From: Squalus acanthias
Taxonomy: Eukaryota
DNA: 64,000 bases
Reading direction: 5' to 3'
NCBI GenBank assembly: GCA_030390025.1
Contig: CM059432.1
Span: forward strand, 101,496,001 to 101,560,000
In this document: positions 1-12,020 of the stretch, piece by piece
How the letters are laid out: each line of letters starts with the position of its first letter
Position numbering within the stretch: the first letter of the stretch is position 1
The notes under the pieces: generated by a model
Seen by the model: the letters and a program-made list of their open reading frames with translations, nothing else
Told to the model about the DNA's origin: nothing
The model's database searches: none
Program-made: the position numbers and the translations under genes

Positions 1-212
1 GTCCCCCTGCCGGTTTGAGCCGCCCTGGAATTACGATTTTTGCTTAAGTGGGCTGATTAAGCCCGTCGTGCGCGTTACCCGGCCGAATCAGTGGGTTCAG
101 GTCTGCTGCTCGTCTCTGCTGACGTCTTTCAGCCAGCTGCATTTAAGGGGCCCATGCAGCCTTGTTTTTGATCAATCCTATTCTGCTGCTTCTCGGTGTG
201 GCACTTCTGAAA

Positions 213-2106
213 ATGACGGCTTCAAGACCAAAGGCATCTCCCAGATTCGATGATGACTCCCTCCATGCTCTTGTGGAGGGAGTGAGAGGGCACCAGGAGG
301 TACTGTTCCCCTCAAACAGACGGAGGAAGCCTCCTCAGCAAACCAAAGCAGCCTGACTGCAAATTGTTGAGGAGGTGAGCGCCAGGTCTTTGTGTGCACG
401 CACCTGGGCTCAGTGCAGGAAAAGGTTAAATGATCTGCTGCACTCAGCAAAAGTGAGTATAACATCACACTTACCTTCAATCTGCTCCCCATCTCCTCTC
501 ATCACCAGCACTCTGCATTGTCAACCGACTCCTGCACATCCTATTTTAACCTTACATCTCTTGCACCCTTAACCATCCCTCTCTCTCTCTGTACAGAATC
601 ACTCCACTATTCTACTATGCACCCCTCACACTCGCTATCACTGTTATGCAATGACAACAACTAACAACGCATAGGGAGGGAACTTGGTATTGGCACCTCA
701 CTCCATCTTTGTCTCCCTCTAAGCATCTATGCTATGGATTCTCTACACTCACTCCAACATTCTCACTAAAACTACACTTGTGTCCCTCAGTGCAGGAAAA
801 GAGAGCCCACAATAAGAGGGAGAGGGGCAGGACAGGAGGAGGGCCACCTTCGATTGCCCACTTGACCACCGCTGTGGAGGCTGCTCTCGACATTGTTGGA
901 GGTGCTGAGGAGCTGGAAGTGGGGGATGGAGAGATGGGCGCAGTAGAGCAAGCTGGTGACAGAATAGATTTGCAGCCCTCTCATTTAGATTGCATGACTG
1001 ATATGGCATCTGATGCTCATACAGATTGAGTTCTGATCATCTGCACAATTCGATGTGCCTGCTACATTAATATCACATGTCTAACTCATGCCTTTACTCC
1101 CCCACAGGACCATCGAGAGCCCCCCTCCCCACTGTCCAGGAGGAAGAGCCAGAAGACACCTCAGAGGAAGTTGCAACCTCTGAGGGCGCAGTGTCAGCAG
1201 AATTGAGCGCACCCAGCACCAGCGCAGAGACACACACCTCGGTGGGTCATTCGCGAGATGGATTAGTGTTGTCACCTGGTGTATCACAGCTCACAAGTGA
1301 CCTTCAGCAGATGGTGGAGACAGGGACAGCAGTGGAGAGTCCTCGCCGGAGGCCGCAGGGCACTCCTAGTTCTGCACAGCTGCATGTGGACCCTGTGCCT
1401 CTGGGGCCATCCAGAAAGAGAGCGGTGCTGGAACTTCAGCAACAAGTGCAGGAGTCTCTGACAGGGTTTGCAACCACTGTAACTGCGAGTGTGAAGAGAA
1501 TAGAGGAGTCTATCTCAAACATAAGCAATGCCATGTTGGAGGCAATGGCGCATGAACGTGCCATCATGGAGAGGGTGGCAACCTCCTTGGAGGACATAAC
1601 TCACCAGACTCAAGAGAGCATGGTGACTCTTCTAAATAGATGGTCTGCTATAGAGGATAGATGGGCATCTATTGAGGAGAGACACCAGAGGTACATGGAC
1701 GTCCCCGTTATGAGGACTGTCAGTACAGAGATGTGTCCTTATGGCCGCACTGATGTACAGCAAGGTGCTCTTCAGCTACTTGCTAGCAGTGAAGTGCGGG
1801 TGACCCATGAGAGGGATGTTGGTGGTCGACAACAAGGAAGTGTGGGATCCTCTCCAAGCGCTATGGAGCACTCGGTCAGAGCCCCATATTCCTCACCCAA
1901 CTGAGATGGCCATCTCAGCCCCTGCACAGCTGTAGGAGGAGCAGACTGTTGCCGAGCCCTCCCAGGCTCGCAAACCGAGAGGACGCCCGCCAAAGGTGTC
2001 GAAGCAGGAGCAGCATGAAAGAGAGCAAGGTGCCTCCACATCTGCTGAAGCCACAGGGGAAGCACCATGTAGAAGCACGCATAAGAGAAAGTTAACACAC
2101 AAATAG
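213..2106 (+). pseudogene. Harbinger Myb/SANT-like DNA-binding protein gene, 3 exons (213-452, 796-955, 1108-~2106)
   Basis: Exon 1 reads MTASRPKASPRFDDDSLHALVEGV...AA*LQIVEEV...RTWAQCRKRLNDL, then a GTGAGT donor. Exon 2 carries the ERGRTGGGPP motif. Splice phases are compatible (0, then 1). In-frame TGA at 354-356 replaces a Trp (TGG in the 61.7-kb homologue). Frameshift near 1900. Confidence 0.8.
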
Positions 2107-2369
2107 TCACAAGGGTAGTAACTTGGGTGTTTTGATGTAATACAAATTTAAGATTATCATCGTCATTTCAATTGTAATAAAGAAATGCGATGGCAAACAT
2201 TTAAAGAGTTGGCCTATGTGTGCCCAGACATGGAAGTGTCACAGTGAGGTGTCAGAGCGCCTTTCATCTGTAATGATGGTGGTCAGAGTGATAGGAACCC
2301 ACAGTTTATTGTACCGATGGTGTATGGTGTGTTAAGAAGGTGGCAGCCACATGTGTTTGCTTCATAAAC

Positions 2370-3584
2370 TTAAGCGAATCTGGCATGGATTAGTGCATCC
2401 CTCGCATCTCGGCCAGCAATGTGCTCGCGTGCTGGTGGAACTAGCACATCCGCCTCCGCAAGGTCTTCCTCCTCCTCCTCCTCTGAGGAGGCTGTGCACT
2501 GAGCCACTTGTTCCTCAGGTAGTGGTAAGCCACGCTGCTGTGCGATGTTGTGCAGTGCACAGCAGACCACGATGATTCTGGAGACCCTGGCTGGTGAGTA
2601 CTGTAGGGCTCCACCTGATCTGTTGAGGCATCTGAATCACATTTTGAGCAAGCCGATGGTTTGCTCGATGATGATTCTGGTGGAAATGTGGCTCGCATTG
2701 TAGCGCTCCTCAGCTTCGTTTGATGGCCTCCTCAACGGCGTCATTAGCCACGTCTTCAGGGGATAGCTCTTGTCTCCAAATAGCCTTCCGGAAAGTTGGG
2801 TTGGTGGATTGAAGAGCTGAGGCCCAGTAGACTGCCGCAGGATGAACAAGTCATGGCAACTGCCAGGGAACTTGGCGCAAACATGCATAATGTTCTTCCT
2901 GTGGTTACACACCAGCTGGACGTTAAGGGAGTGGAAGCCCTTGCAGTTCACAAATACAGCTGGGTTGTGATGGGGTGCCCTAATAGCCACATGTGTGCAG
3001 TCTATGACACCCTGCACCCTTGGCAAGCCTGCCATATTTGCAAAGCCAACCTCACGCGCGGTTACACTTGCTTCATCCGTGGAGAAGTGGATGTAATTGT
3101 GCGCCTTTGCAAAGAGGGCATCGGTAATCTACGTGATGCAATTGTGTGCGGCTGACTGGGAGATGCCGCTGATGTCTGCTGATGATCCCTGGAAGGATCC
3201 TGAAGCAAAAAAGTTGAGGGCGGTGGTGACTTTGACAGCCACTGGTAAGGTGTGTCCACCCGCTCCTCTGGGCTCCAGGTGTTGGTGCAGCATTGTGCAG
3301 ATGTCAGCGACTACCTCTCACGAAAGTCTCCGCCTCCTTTGGCACTGCTGCTCAGTCATGTTGAGGAAGCTCATCCTCTGCCTGTAAACCCTGTGTTGGG
3401 GGTATCTCCTGCGGCGAGGTGCAGCCCTGCACTGACGCCCTCAGCCCTGTGCAGCATCAGGTGGGTGAGGAGGAGGTTGCCGCTCCTGTTGTTGCTGCTG
3501 CTGTTGTGCCTCATTCTGCTGCTGCCACGGCTGCTCTTCCTCCGATTCTGAGGACCAGGATGAGAGGGTATAAATGGTTCCCAT
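2370..3584 (-). pseudogene. Harbinger DDE transposase (HARBI1-like), single 405-codon frame with 4 premature stops
   Basis: Motifs [50 protein letters not shown] and an acidic C-terminal tract. Stops at 3441-3443, 3318-3320, 3129-3131 and 2637-2639. No frameshifts. Confidence 0.92.
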
Positions 3585-4124
3585 TCCGCTGGTATATATC
3601 TCAGTTGAGGAATAGATGTTATAAGTGCTCAGTCAATGTGGGGAGAGGGTTTTCCAAGGAGGTCACAGTGCATATGGATCTCAGCTGAACCACTTACAAG
3701 CTCAATAGAGCTGCAAAAAGTGTTCCAACACCTCAAAAAACAAAGTTCTGTCATCTGAAAGTCAGCTATGTTACAGGTCCACTTTTATGCTGCAGGTGCA
3801 GCTGACAAAAATTCAGGTACTTGCTGAACCCGGCACATCAGCTGGCGTGTTTTGCGAATGGTGTGGAACATGCTGAAAATGTCCTAAAATGGGAAGAGCC
3901 TGTTAAATCGGATTTTGTAGGCAGTTAACAAGCTGTTAACTGCCTTAAGTGCCTCTCCCACCGCTTGGTGGCGGGCCTGATCGATAATCCCAGAGCCGAC
4001 ACTTGGCAAAGTTGCGTGGAGGCGGGTTGACGGCGGGGTCGGAACCTGCCATCAATCAAAATGAATTTAACCTCTGACCCGCCTCCAAACCCATCCTCTG
4101 AGTGCTGGCAAAATCACGGCCAAC

Positions 4125-4720
4125 ATGTTATCTGTTTCTGTTAATCTAATAGTAAAAGATCCTCTAGGGAAGAGTGCGCATAATATGATAGAATTTCACC
4201 TTGAGTTTGAGAGTGACATTCTTAAGTCCGAATCTAGAGTCTTAAACTTAAATGAAGCCAATTGCTCAGGTATGACAGGTGAGTTGGCTAAGGTAGATTG
4301 GGAAATTATACTAAAAGGTATGACAGTAGATAAGCAGTGGGAATCATTTAAAGAAATATTACAAAACTCCCAACGAATATACATTCCATTGAAAAATAAA
4401 CAATCCATGGGAAAAGTGATCCATCCATGGCTAACTAAAGAAGTTAAGGATAGCATTAGATTAAAAGAAGAGGCTTATACTGTTGCGAAGGAAAGTAGTA
4501 AGCGTAAGGATTGGGAGAGCTTTAGAAACCAGCAAATGAAGACCAAAAAATTGATAAAAAGGGAGAAAATAGAATGCGAGAGTAAATTAGCAAGAAATAT
4601 AAAAATAGATTATAAGTGATTCTACAACTATGTGAAAAGGAAGAGAATAGCAAAAGTAAGCATTAGTCCCTAGAGGTTCAGACAGGAGAAATTATATAGG
4701 TAAACAAGGAAAAGGCAGAG
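4125..4720 (+). mobile_element. CR1 LINE ORF2 internal fragment
   Basis: VKDPLGKSAHNMIEF...PWLTKEVKDSI, homologous to the CR1 ORF at 7900. Confidence 0.85.
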
Positions 4721-4974
4721 TGTTAGAAATTCATTATAGCCCAGGAATGGGCCGTATAATTAGAAAAGTTGGAGATTTAGCACCAGGCGCTAATGCTTTA
4801 GACAGCACACAAAATTCATGCTCACTGGTCACTAGATCAGTAAGTTATGGGAGCAGCGAACTTATCCTGAGGCTTTGAGCACAGACTAACATGTACTGAG
4901 TGGGCTATGTCATGTCAAACAAGAGCAGTAACGACAGAAAAGAAGAGGCTATTATGTTGGCTCAGCACATTTAT

Positions 4975-5330
4975 TGTGTGAGCCAGAAATAAGTTCCCAG
5001 GTTTTATCGTCAATTTGTGCTGAGTTAGCTAGTGAGGCACTGGTAAGGGTGCCACATTTGGCCTCAGCACCCCATGGTTATGGAGGGGAAAACTGACCAG
5101 GGTTGGACTGTTCCTGATAATTTTCCAGTACCCCTGCTTGAAGTGTGCATATGTAGATGCTGGATGAGGGCAGGATTCAGCTAAGCTGTTAAGTGGATCT
5201 GTATTCAAATAGCCTGCTGATACTCACCATCAAGAGTCACATCTGAATAATGAATGCTTGGATGAGAGACTGGAAAGTGAGCAGCACCCATGCCATTGCA
5301 TCCTGGCAAGGAGCCTGGAGAGGAGGGGGA
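4975..5330 (+). mobile_element. Old SINE-like repeat; related copies at ~39150-39450 (-) and ~59380-60580 (+, split by a MITE)
   Basis: Shared degenerate blocks such as GTGCTGAGTTAGCT...ATTTGGCCTCAGCACCCC and TCACATCTGAATAATG. Confidence 0.5.
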
Positions 5331-6059
5331 GGACAGGGAAGAAAACTGATGAGGACAAAAAACTGCAAAAGCAGACAGAACATGCCTCCAGGTTAATGTT
5401 CCTTCAGAGGCTGCACAAGGTTTTAAGTTGGGATAAGCAAAATAGTCTCTTCGGTTAACAAATTCAGTTCGGTGAACTCAGCTGAAACATGGCCAAAATC
5501 CTCTAAAGTTTCAAAATGAATTTTGTAACCAGCTTTAAAACCCCAGGTTTGCATCAAAACAAATCTTTCAGCAAATAGATTTGGAGTTTAACATCAAATA
5601 AACATTGGAATGCATGACTGCAATGTAATGCATAATGTCAGAGGATAACCATGACCATATTATTTTTATTTGTGGAACAGGGCTAGCATAAAATCAGACA
5701 ATGAAAAGCCCTGTGTGCATACTTGTTACATTAGCGGTGCTTACAGCTGAATTAATTTCTGATGATAGACATCTTTATGGTAAAATCCCTCCATTTGTTG
5801 AGTTTATCACAAAAGGTAAAGTAGTGAAAATACTGCTTTATATTCATGTTATCCTTTGCACTAAGCTTGGCACGAGGAACAATTTTACTCCAGTCTTTTC
5901 GTAGGAAAACAAAATATATTTGAATCGCGAGCTTCAACCTCCAGAGCCTATTTTGTAGTTCTTACTCCAGTGACTACAAAACCTGGCAAGAGTTCCATCT
6001 CATTGATATGCCAGACAATTGTTGCAGGATGGGGTGGGAAATATGTAGATGCTGGATGA

Positions 6060-6310
6060 GGATCCTTCTTCATGCAAAGAGTAGTGGAAATCTGGAACTC
6101 TCCCCCAACCACCATGCTCCCCTCCAAAAAACACAGCTGTTGAGGCTAGGTCAATTGAAAAATTCAAAACTGAGATAGATTTTTGTTAGGCAAGGGTATT
6201 AGGGGTTATGGAACCAAAAAGGGCAGATGGAGTTAAGATACAGATCAGCCATGATCTCATTGAATGACGGAATAGGCTCGAGGGGCTGAATAGCCGACTC
6301 ATGTTCCTAA
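6060..6310 (+). mobile_element. CR1 LINE 3' end fragment
   Basis: AGAGTAGTGGAAATCTGGAACTC...GATCAGCCATGATCTCATTGAATG tail shared with other CR1 copies. Confidence 0.8.
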
Positions 6311-7096
6311 TGTAAAGGAGAAGGGGCGTGCCTTTATTATGGTGGTATCATTAGCAAGTTGCAGTTATTTAAAATAAATCTACAGAAACTTTTTAATTAT
6401 ATATAAACATCTGAATGGCAAACAGTAGTAAATTTTGAAGAATTGTTTTGTAAAGCGTATGAGATCCTGAGAAAGAAAAAGTTAATAAATGATAATAAAA
6501 AGTATGTCATTAAAATAATGTGGGAATTTTGGTATGCTAAGTGAAAGTACACAGCACCAACAGTCAAGGCAAGGATAATGTTAGAATTCATAGATAGATT
6601 CTTAGGAATACACATCCAAGGTGGTTGTATTAACATTGGGAAAGAAAGAGTGAGTTAAGAGAGAGAGAGAAACAAGAAAAAAAGGAAAAGTAAGAAAACA
6701 ATGAAAAAGAATCAAAAGAAGAAGACAGTGTAACCCAGTTGTGTTTGGGAATTTTGTGTTGGTCCTCGAGAAGTTAATAATGAGTGAATGGCAGGGTAGG
6801 TATGCGAAATGTACAAACATTCCTACTCATATACTGTATCTCAAAATTGTTCCCTGGAAGGAATCTATCTAATTTGCATTTCTGAGTGTCATATCAACTT
6901 TGCGTCCTGAAAATTATTGCCATCCAACACTAACAGGAGTGTTGTTGACAAGACTGGCACAAAAATACTGCCAAGACAGATAAAAAAAAGTTCAAAAATC
7001 CACTAGGAACAATTCACTACCTGCTGGAGTGAGACATAGCTTCATTTGTTCCCTTTCTGGGCCTCCAAGATTGAGTTTCATGTCAGGACCATAAAT

Positions 7097-10000
7097 TCTT
7101 GGGACATTGGAACCGGTTCTGGGGGAGGTGGGACCAGTACAAACTGGACGGTCTGCACCTGGGCAGGGCCGGGACCGCTGTCCTCGGGGGAGTGTTTGCT
7201 AGTGCTGTTGGGGAGGATTTAAACTAATGTGGCAGGGGGTTGGGAACCTGAGCAGGGAGACAGAGGAAAGCATGTCAGGAAGGGACAGAAGGTATGGAGC
7301 AAAAGGTAAAGTGTTAAATAAGGAAAAAGCAGGAAGTAAGTGTCGCAAAACACATTTGAAAGTTCTTTATCTGAATGCACGTAGCATTCGTAACAAAATT
7401 GACGAGTTAACGGCACAAATAACTATGTATGGGTATGATCTTGTGGCCATTACAGAAACATGGCTGCAGGGTGACAACGTCTGGGAATTAAATATGCCAG
7501 GGTATTTAACAATCAGGAAGGACAGGCAGGAAGGAAGGGGAGGAGGGGTGGCTATGTTAATAAAGGAAGGAATCACTGTAATACAGAGAAATGATATTGG
7601 GTCAAAAGATGAGGATAATGAAACAGTTTGGGTAGAGATAAGGAATAATAAGGGGAAAAAAACACTGGTGGGCGTAGTATATAGGCCTCCTAATAGTTGC
7701 AACTCTGTTGGATGAAGTATTAATCAGGAAATAGTTGGGGCATGTAATAAGGGAACAGCTATAATTATGGGGGATTTTAACTATCATTAACTGGGCAAAT
7801 CAAATTGGGCAGGGCAGGCTTGAGGAAGAGTTTATTGAGTGTCTTAGGGATGGATTTCTTGAGCAGTATGTAACTGATCCTACAAGGGGGCAAGCAACCT
7901 TGGACCTGGTACTGTGTAATGAGTCTGGATTAATTAATAATATCCTAGTTAAGGATCCCCTTGGAATGAGTGACCATAACATGGTTGAATTCCATATCCA
8001 ATTAGAGGGTGAGAAGGTTGGTTCTCAAACAAGCATACTGAGCTTGAATAAAGGAGACTATGATGGCATGAGAGCAGAATTGATTAAAGTGGACTGGGAA
8101 AATAGATTAAAGGGTAAGACGGTACATGAGCAGTGGTGTTCATTCAAAGAGTTATTTTACAACTTTCAAAATAAATATATTCCACTGAGGAAAAAAGGGT
8201 GTAAAAGAAATGACAGCCATCCATGGCTAAGTAAAGAAATTAAAGAAAGTATCCAACTAAAAACAAGGACATATAAGGTAGCCAAAGTTAGTGGGAGGAT
8301 AGAAGATTGGGAAGTCTTCAAAAGACAACAAAAAGTAACTAAAGGATTGATTAAGAAAGGGAAAATAGAGTATGAAAATAAATTAGCAAAAACTATAAAA
8401 ACAGATAGCAAGAGTTTCTATAGTTATATAAAAAGAAAAAGGGTGGTTAAGGCAAACGTAGGTCCCTTAGAGGATGAGACCGGGAAATTAATGGTGGGAA
8501 ACATGGAGATGGCAAAAATGCTGAACAAATATTTTGTTTCAGTCTTTACGGTAGAGGACACTAAGAATATCCCAACACTGGACAAACAGGGGGCTCTAGT
8601 GGGGGAGGAGCTAAATACGATTAAAATCACTAAGGAATTGGTACTCAGTAAAATAATGGGACTCAAGGCGGATAAATCCCCTGGACCTGATGGCTTACAT
8701 CCTAGGGTCTTGAGGGAAGTGGGAGTAGGAATTGTGGATGCTTTGGTAATAATTTTCCAAAACTCCCTGAACTCAGCAAAGGTCCCGGCAGATTGGAAAA
8801 CTGCTAATGTAACACCCTTATTTAAAAAGGGTAGTAGGCAGAAGGCTGGAAATTATAGACCAGTTAGCCTAACATCTGTGGTGGGTAAAATTTTGGAGTC
8901 TATTATTAAGGAGACAGTAACAGAACATTTAGATAAACATAATTTAATAGGACAAAGTCAGCATGGCTTTATGAAGGGGAAGTCATGTCTGACAAATTTG
9001 CTTGAGTTCTTTGAGGACATAACGTACAGGGTGGATAAAGGGGAACCAGTGGATGTAATGTATTTAGACTTCCAGAAGGCATTCGACAAGGTGCCACATA
9101 AAAGATTATTACTCAAGATAAAAAATCACTGGATTGGGGGTAATATTCTGGCATGGGTGGAGGATTGGTTATCTAACAGGAAGCAGAGAGTTGGGATAAA
9201 TGGTTCATTCTCGGACTGGCAACCAGTAGCCAGTGGTGTTCCGCAGGGGTCGGTGCTGGGTCCCCAACTCTTTACAATCTATATTAACGATTTGGAGGAG
9301 GGGACCGAGTGTAACATATCAAAGTTTGCAGATGATACAAAGATGGGAGGGAAAGTAGAGAGTGAGGAGGACATAAAAAACCTACAAGGGGATATAGACA
9401 GGCTGGGTGAGTGGGCAGAGATTTGGCAGATGCAATACAATATTGGAAAATGTGAGGTTATGCACTTTGGCAGGAAAAATCAGAGAGCAAGTTATTATCT
9501 TAATGGCGAGAAACTGGAAAGTACTGCAGTACAAAGGGATCTGGGGGTCTTGGTGCATGAAAATCAAAAAGTTAGTATGCAGGTGCAGCAGGTGATCAAG
9601 AAAGCCAATGGAATGTTGGCTTTTATTGCTAGGGGGATAGAATATAAAAACAGGGAGGTATTGCTGCAGTTATATAGGGTATTGGTGAGACCGCACCTGG
9701 AGTACTGCATACAGTTTTGGTGTCCATACTTAAGAAAAGACATACTTGCTCTCGAGGCAGTACAAAGAAGGTTCACTCGGTTAATCCCCGGGATGAGGGG
9801 GTGGACATATGAGGAGAGGTTGAGTAGATTGGGACTCTACTCATTGGAGTTCAGAAGAATGAGAGGTGATCTTACTGAAACATATAAGATTGTGAAGGGG
9901 CTTGATCGGGTGGACGCGGTGAGGATGTTCCCAATGATGGGTGAAACTAGAACTAGGGGACATAATCTTAGAATAAGGGGCTCCTCTTTCAAAACTGAGA

Positions 10001-10354
10001 TGAGGAGAAACTTTTTCACTCAGAGGGTAGTGGGTCTGTGGAATTTGCTACCCCAGGAAGCTGTGGAAGCTACTTCATTAAATAAATTTAAAACAGAAAT
10101 AGACCGTTTCCTAGAAGTAAAGGGAATCAGGGGTTACGGGGAGCGGGCTGGAAATTGGACATGAGTTTGAGTTCGGATCGGTCAAGGCCCTATGGGTGGC
10201 TGAGCGGGCCCAGGGGCCTGGTCCTGCTCCTACTTTTTGTGTTCTTTAGAGTTGAGGTTGGATCAGATCAGCCATGATCTCATTGAATGGCGGAGCAGGC
10301 TCGAGGGGCCAATTGGTCTACTCCTGCTCCTATTTCTTATGTTCTTATGTTCTT
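7097..10354 (+). mobile_element. CR1 LINE, 5'-truncated: ORF1 C-terminus, complete ORF2 region, 3' UTR and (TTCTTATG)n tail
   Basis: ORF1 end FLGHWNRFWGRWDQYKLDGLHL (SGNH esterase DGLH motif). APE motifs YLNARS, AITETW, GGGVA, YRPP, MGDFN, SDHN. RT motifs [35 protein letters not shown]. Candidate TSD ATAAAT at 7091-7096 and 10355-10360. Confidence 0.95.
7227..10164 (+). pseudogene. CR1 ORF2 (AP endonuclease + reverse transcriptase)
   Basis: Only two visible lesions: TGA at 7713-7715 and a frameshift near 7788. 754 aa are open from 7900 to 10164. Confidence 0.9.
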
Positions 10355-10559
10355 ATAAATCACATCATTAACATGGTTCAAACGACGTGAATTACCAGCC
10401 CTAAACGGCAGTGACAAGATTAATTTGCATTTACAGCGCAAATCCAGCAATTTCATGACACAATTAATTTCAATGGACAGGCTTACGCCGAGGTTGCACC
10501 TTTTTCAGTTTTGTCGAAGCTAATGGCAAATCGTCCTGCAATTTGTGGAGAATCGGAAC

Positions 10560-10730
10560 ACAACAACAACAACTTGTATTTATATAGCGCCTTTAACATA
10601 GTAAAACGTCCCAAGGCACTGCACAGGAGTATTTTAAGACACAAAATTTGACACCAAGCTGCATAAGGATAAATTAGGGCAGGTGACCAAAAGCTTGGTC
10701 AAAGAGGTAGGTTTTAAGGAGCGTCTTATG
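10560..10730 (-). mobile_element. L2-type LINE 3' tail fragment
   Basis: Reverse complement of ...TAAAGGCGCTATATAAATACAAGTTGTTGTTG, the same tail type as at ~28850-28890. Confidence 0.6.
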
Positions 10731-10885
10731 GCGTATCTTTTCTTTACCGCAAATTGCTAGATTTTCTGTGAACCACTAATGGCGGGTGCCATTATTTTTC
10801 CAGCAAATTCTGGGCCAATATATGTATTTAGTGTTCACACTGCAGATCAAGATAAACTTTGAGCTTTTTTGGTTTTTTCACATTA

Positions 10886-12020
10886 TGTTAGAAACTAGGG
10901 GTGTCTAAAAATGTATATGGCTACGCAAATAATACTGTGTTTAAATGATTGTATGTTTCTGCTTGAGACAAGTAAGGGGTTAATGTATAAGTTTTGTTTT
11001 CCTGGAGGTTCGTATTAGAATTTGAGACAAAATATCTTCAGCTAGTTAGAGTAGATGAGGCATAAACATTCCACACAGGGGCCCACAGGATGGACTTGCC
11101 TTTTTTATATCTGTTGGTTGTAAGTTAGGGTTTTGACTTTGTTAACGTATCTTTAATTTGGCCAATGAAGGCTCAACCTATGTTTCTTCCATTATTGCTA
11201 ATAACCATATTTTAATCTCTACAGGTAGAATTTGGAGTTTGTTTAGCAGAACTGCTTGCGAAGATAAATAAAAGTTAATTCGTTGAAAGACATAGAATAA
11301 AAGGAATTTAGGGGAGTTAAGGTATCCATCTCAGGATGGAACAGTCTGTTAGATTAAAGGAGATAGTTTGGATAACGGCAGGATGAGCAACACAGCTCTG
11401 ACGTGGGCCCCTTTATGGAGAGGGTGCAAGGCCAGGCCTAGTATCAATTGTGCCAGGGAGGATGGGGACAAAGAGAGTTAAGACAAATTCCAATGGAGGA
11501 ACCTTCAAAATGTAAAAACAAGATAGATAAATTGGATGAGATCATGAGACACCTTTTGGGGAGGCCTTTCATCCAAGAATCGAGACAAAGAACTCAATGC
11601 CCCATTGGGTAATGAGGTTTTAGGGGAACCTCTATAGGTTAAGTGGTCTTGTCAATAATTTGGCCTCAAGCCCACCCCTAAAAATAGAATAAAAGTAACA
11701 CCCTGAGGGCTTGCCCACTCAAATGGTGGAGGGGAGAGCTAAGCAAAGGTTAGGCTGGTTGAGCGCTCTTTCGAGAGTGATCCCATGCTCACCAACTCAG
11801 AGGTTCTAGACGAGTGGATGGGCGGCCGTAAGTCAGAGAACTGTTCATGCACACCAGCCGTCTGTCCGATCGGGTCCGGTATCAGCTACTTGTCAAGGTC
11901 GTATGTTTTTGCTGTATTACTAGTATGTTATATTCTGTCCTAAATTCCGATTAAACACAATATACCCACCATATTGGTTTGCACTCGATCCTGTTTACTA
12001 GAGATACACGAATCTCTACA
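10886..12020 (+). mobile_element. Solo LTR (ERV class I-like or Gypsy-like), 1135 bp
   Basis: Starts TGTTAGA and ends TCTACA. Flanked by 4-bp direct repeat ATTA (10882-10885, 12021-12024). ATTAAA at 11950. No ORF. Confidence 0.65.

Larger units (their letters stand above)
1..4121. mobile_element. PIF/Harbinger DNA transposon, two-gene autonomous-type copy, now inactivated; left end lies outside the window
   Basis: Convergent Myb/SANT gene (+) and HARBI1-like transposase (-). AATAAA at 2176 (+) and 2305-2310 (-). Right terminus AAAATCACGGCC at 4110-4121 matches termini of related elements in the window. Confidence 0.9.

Noticed and set aside
2370..3584. Domesticated HARBI1 host gene
   Set aside because: It has four stops, a TIR, a linked Myb partner and multiple related copies, so it is a transposon copy.
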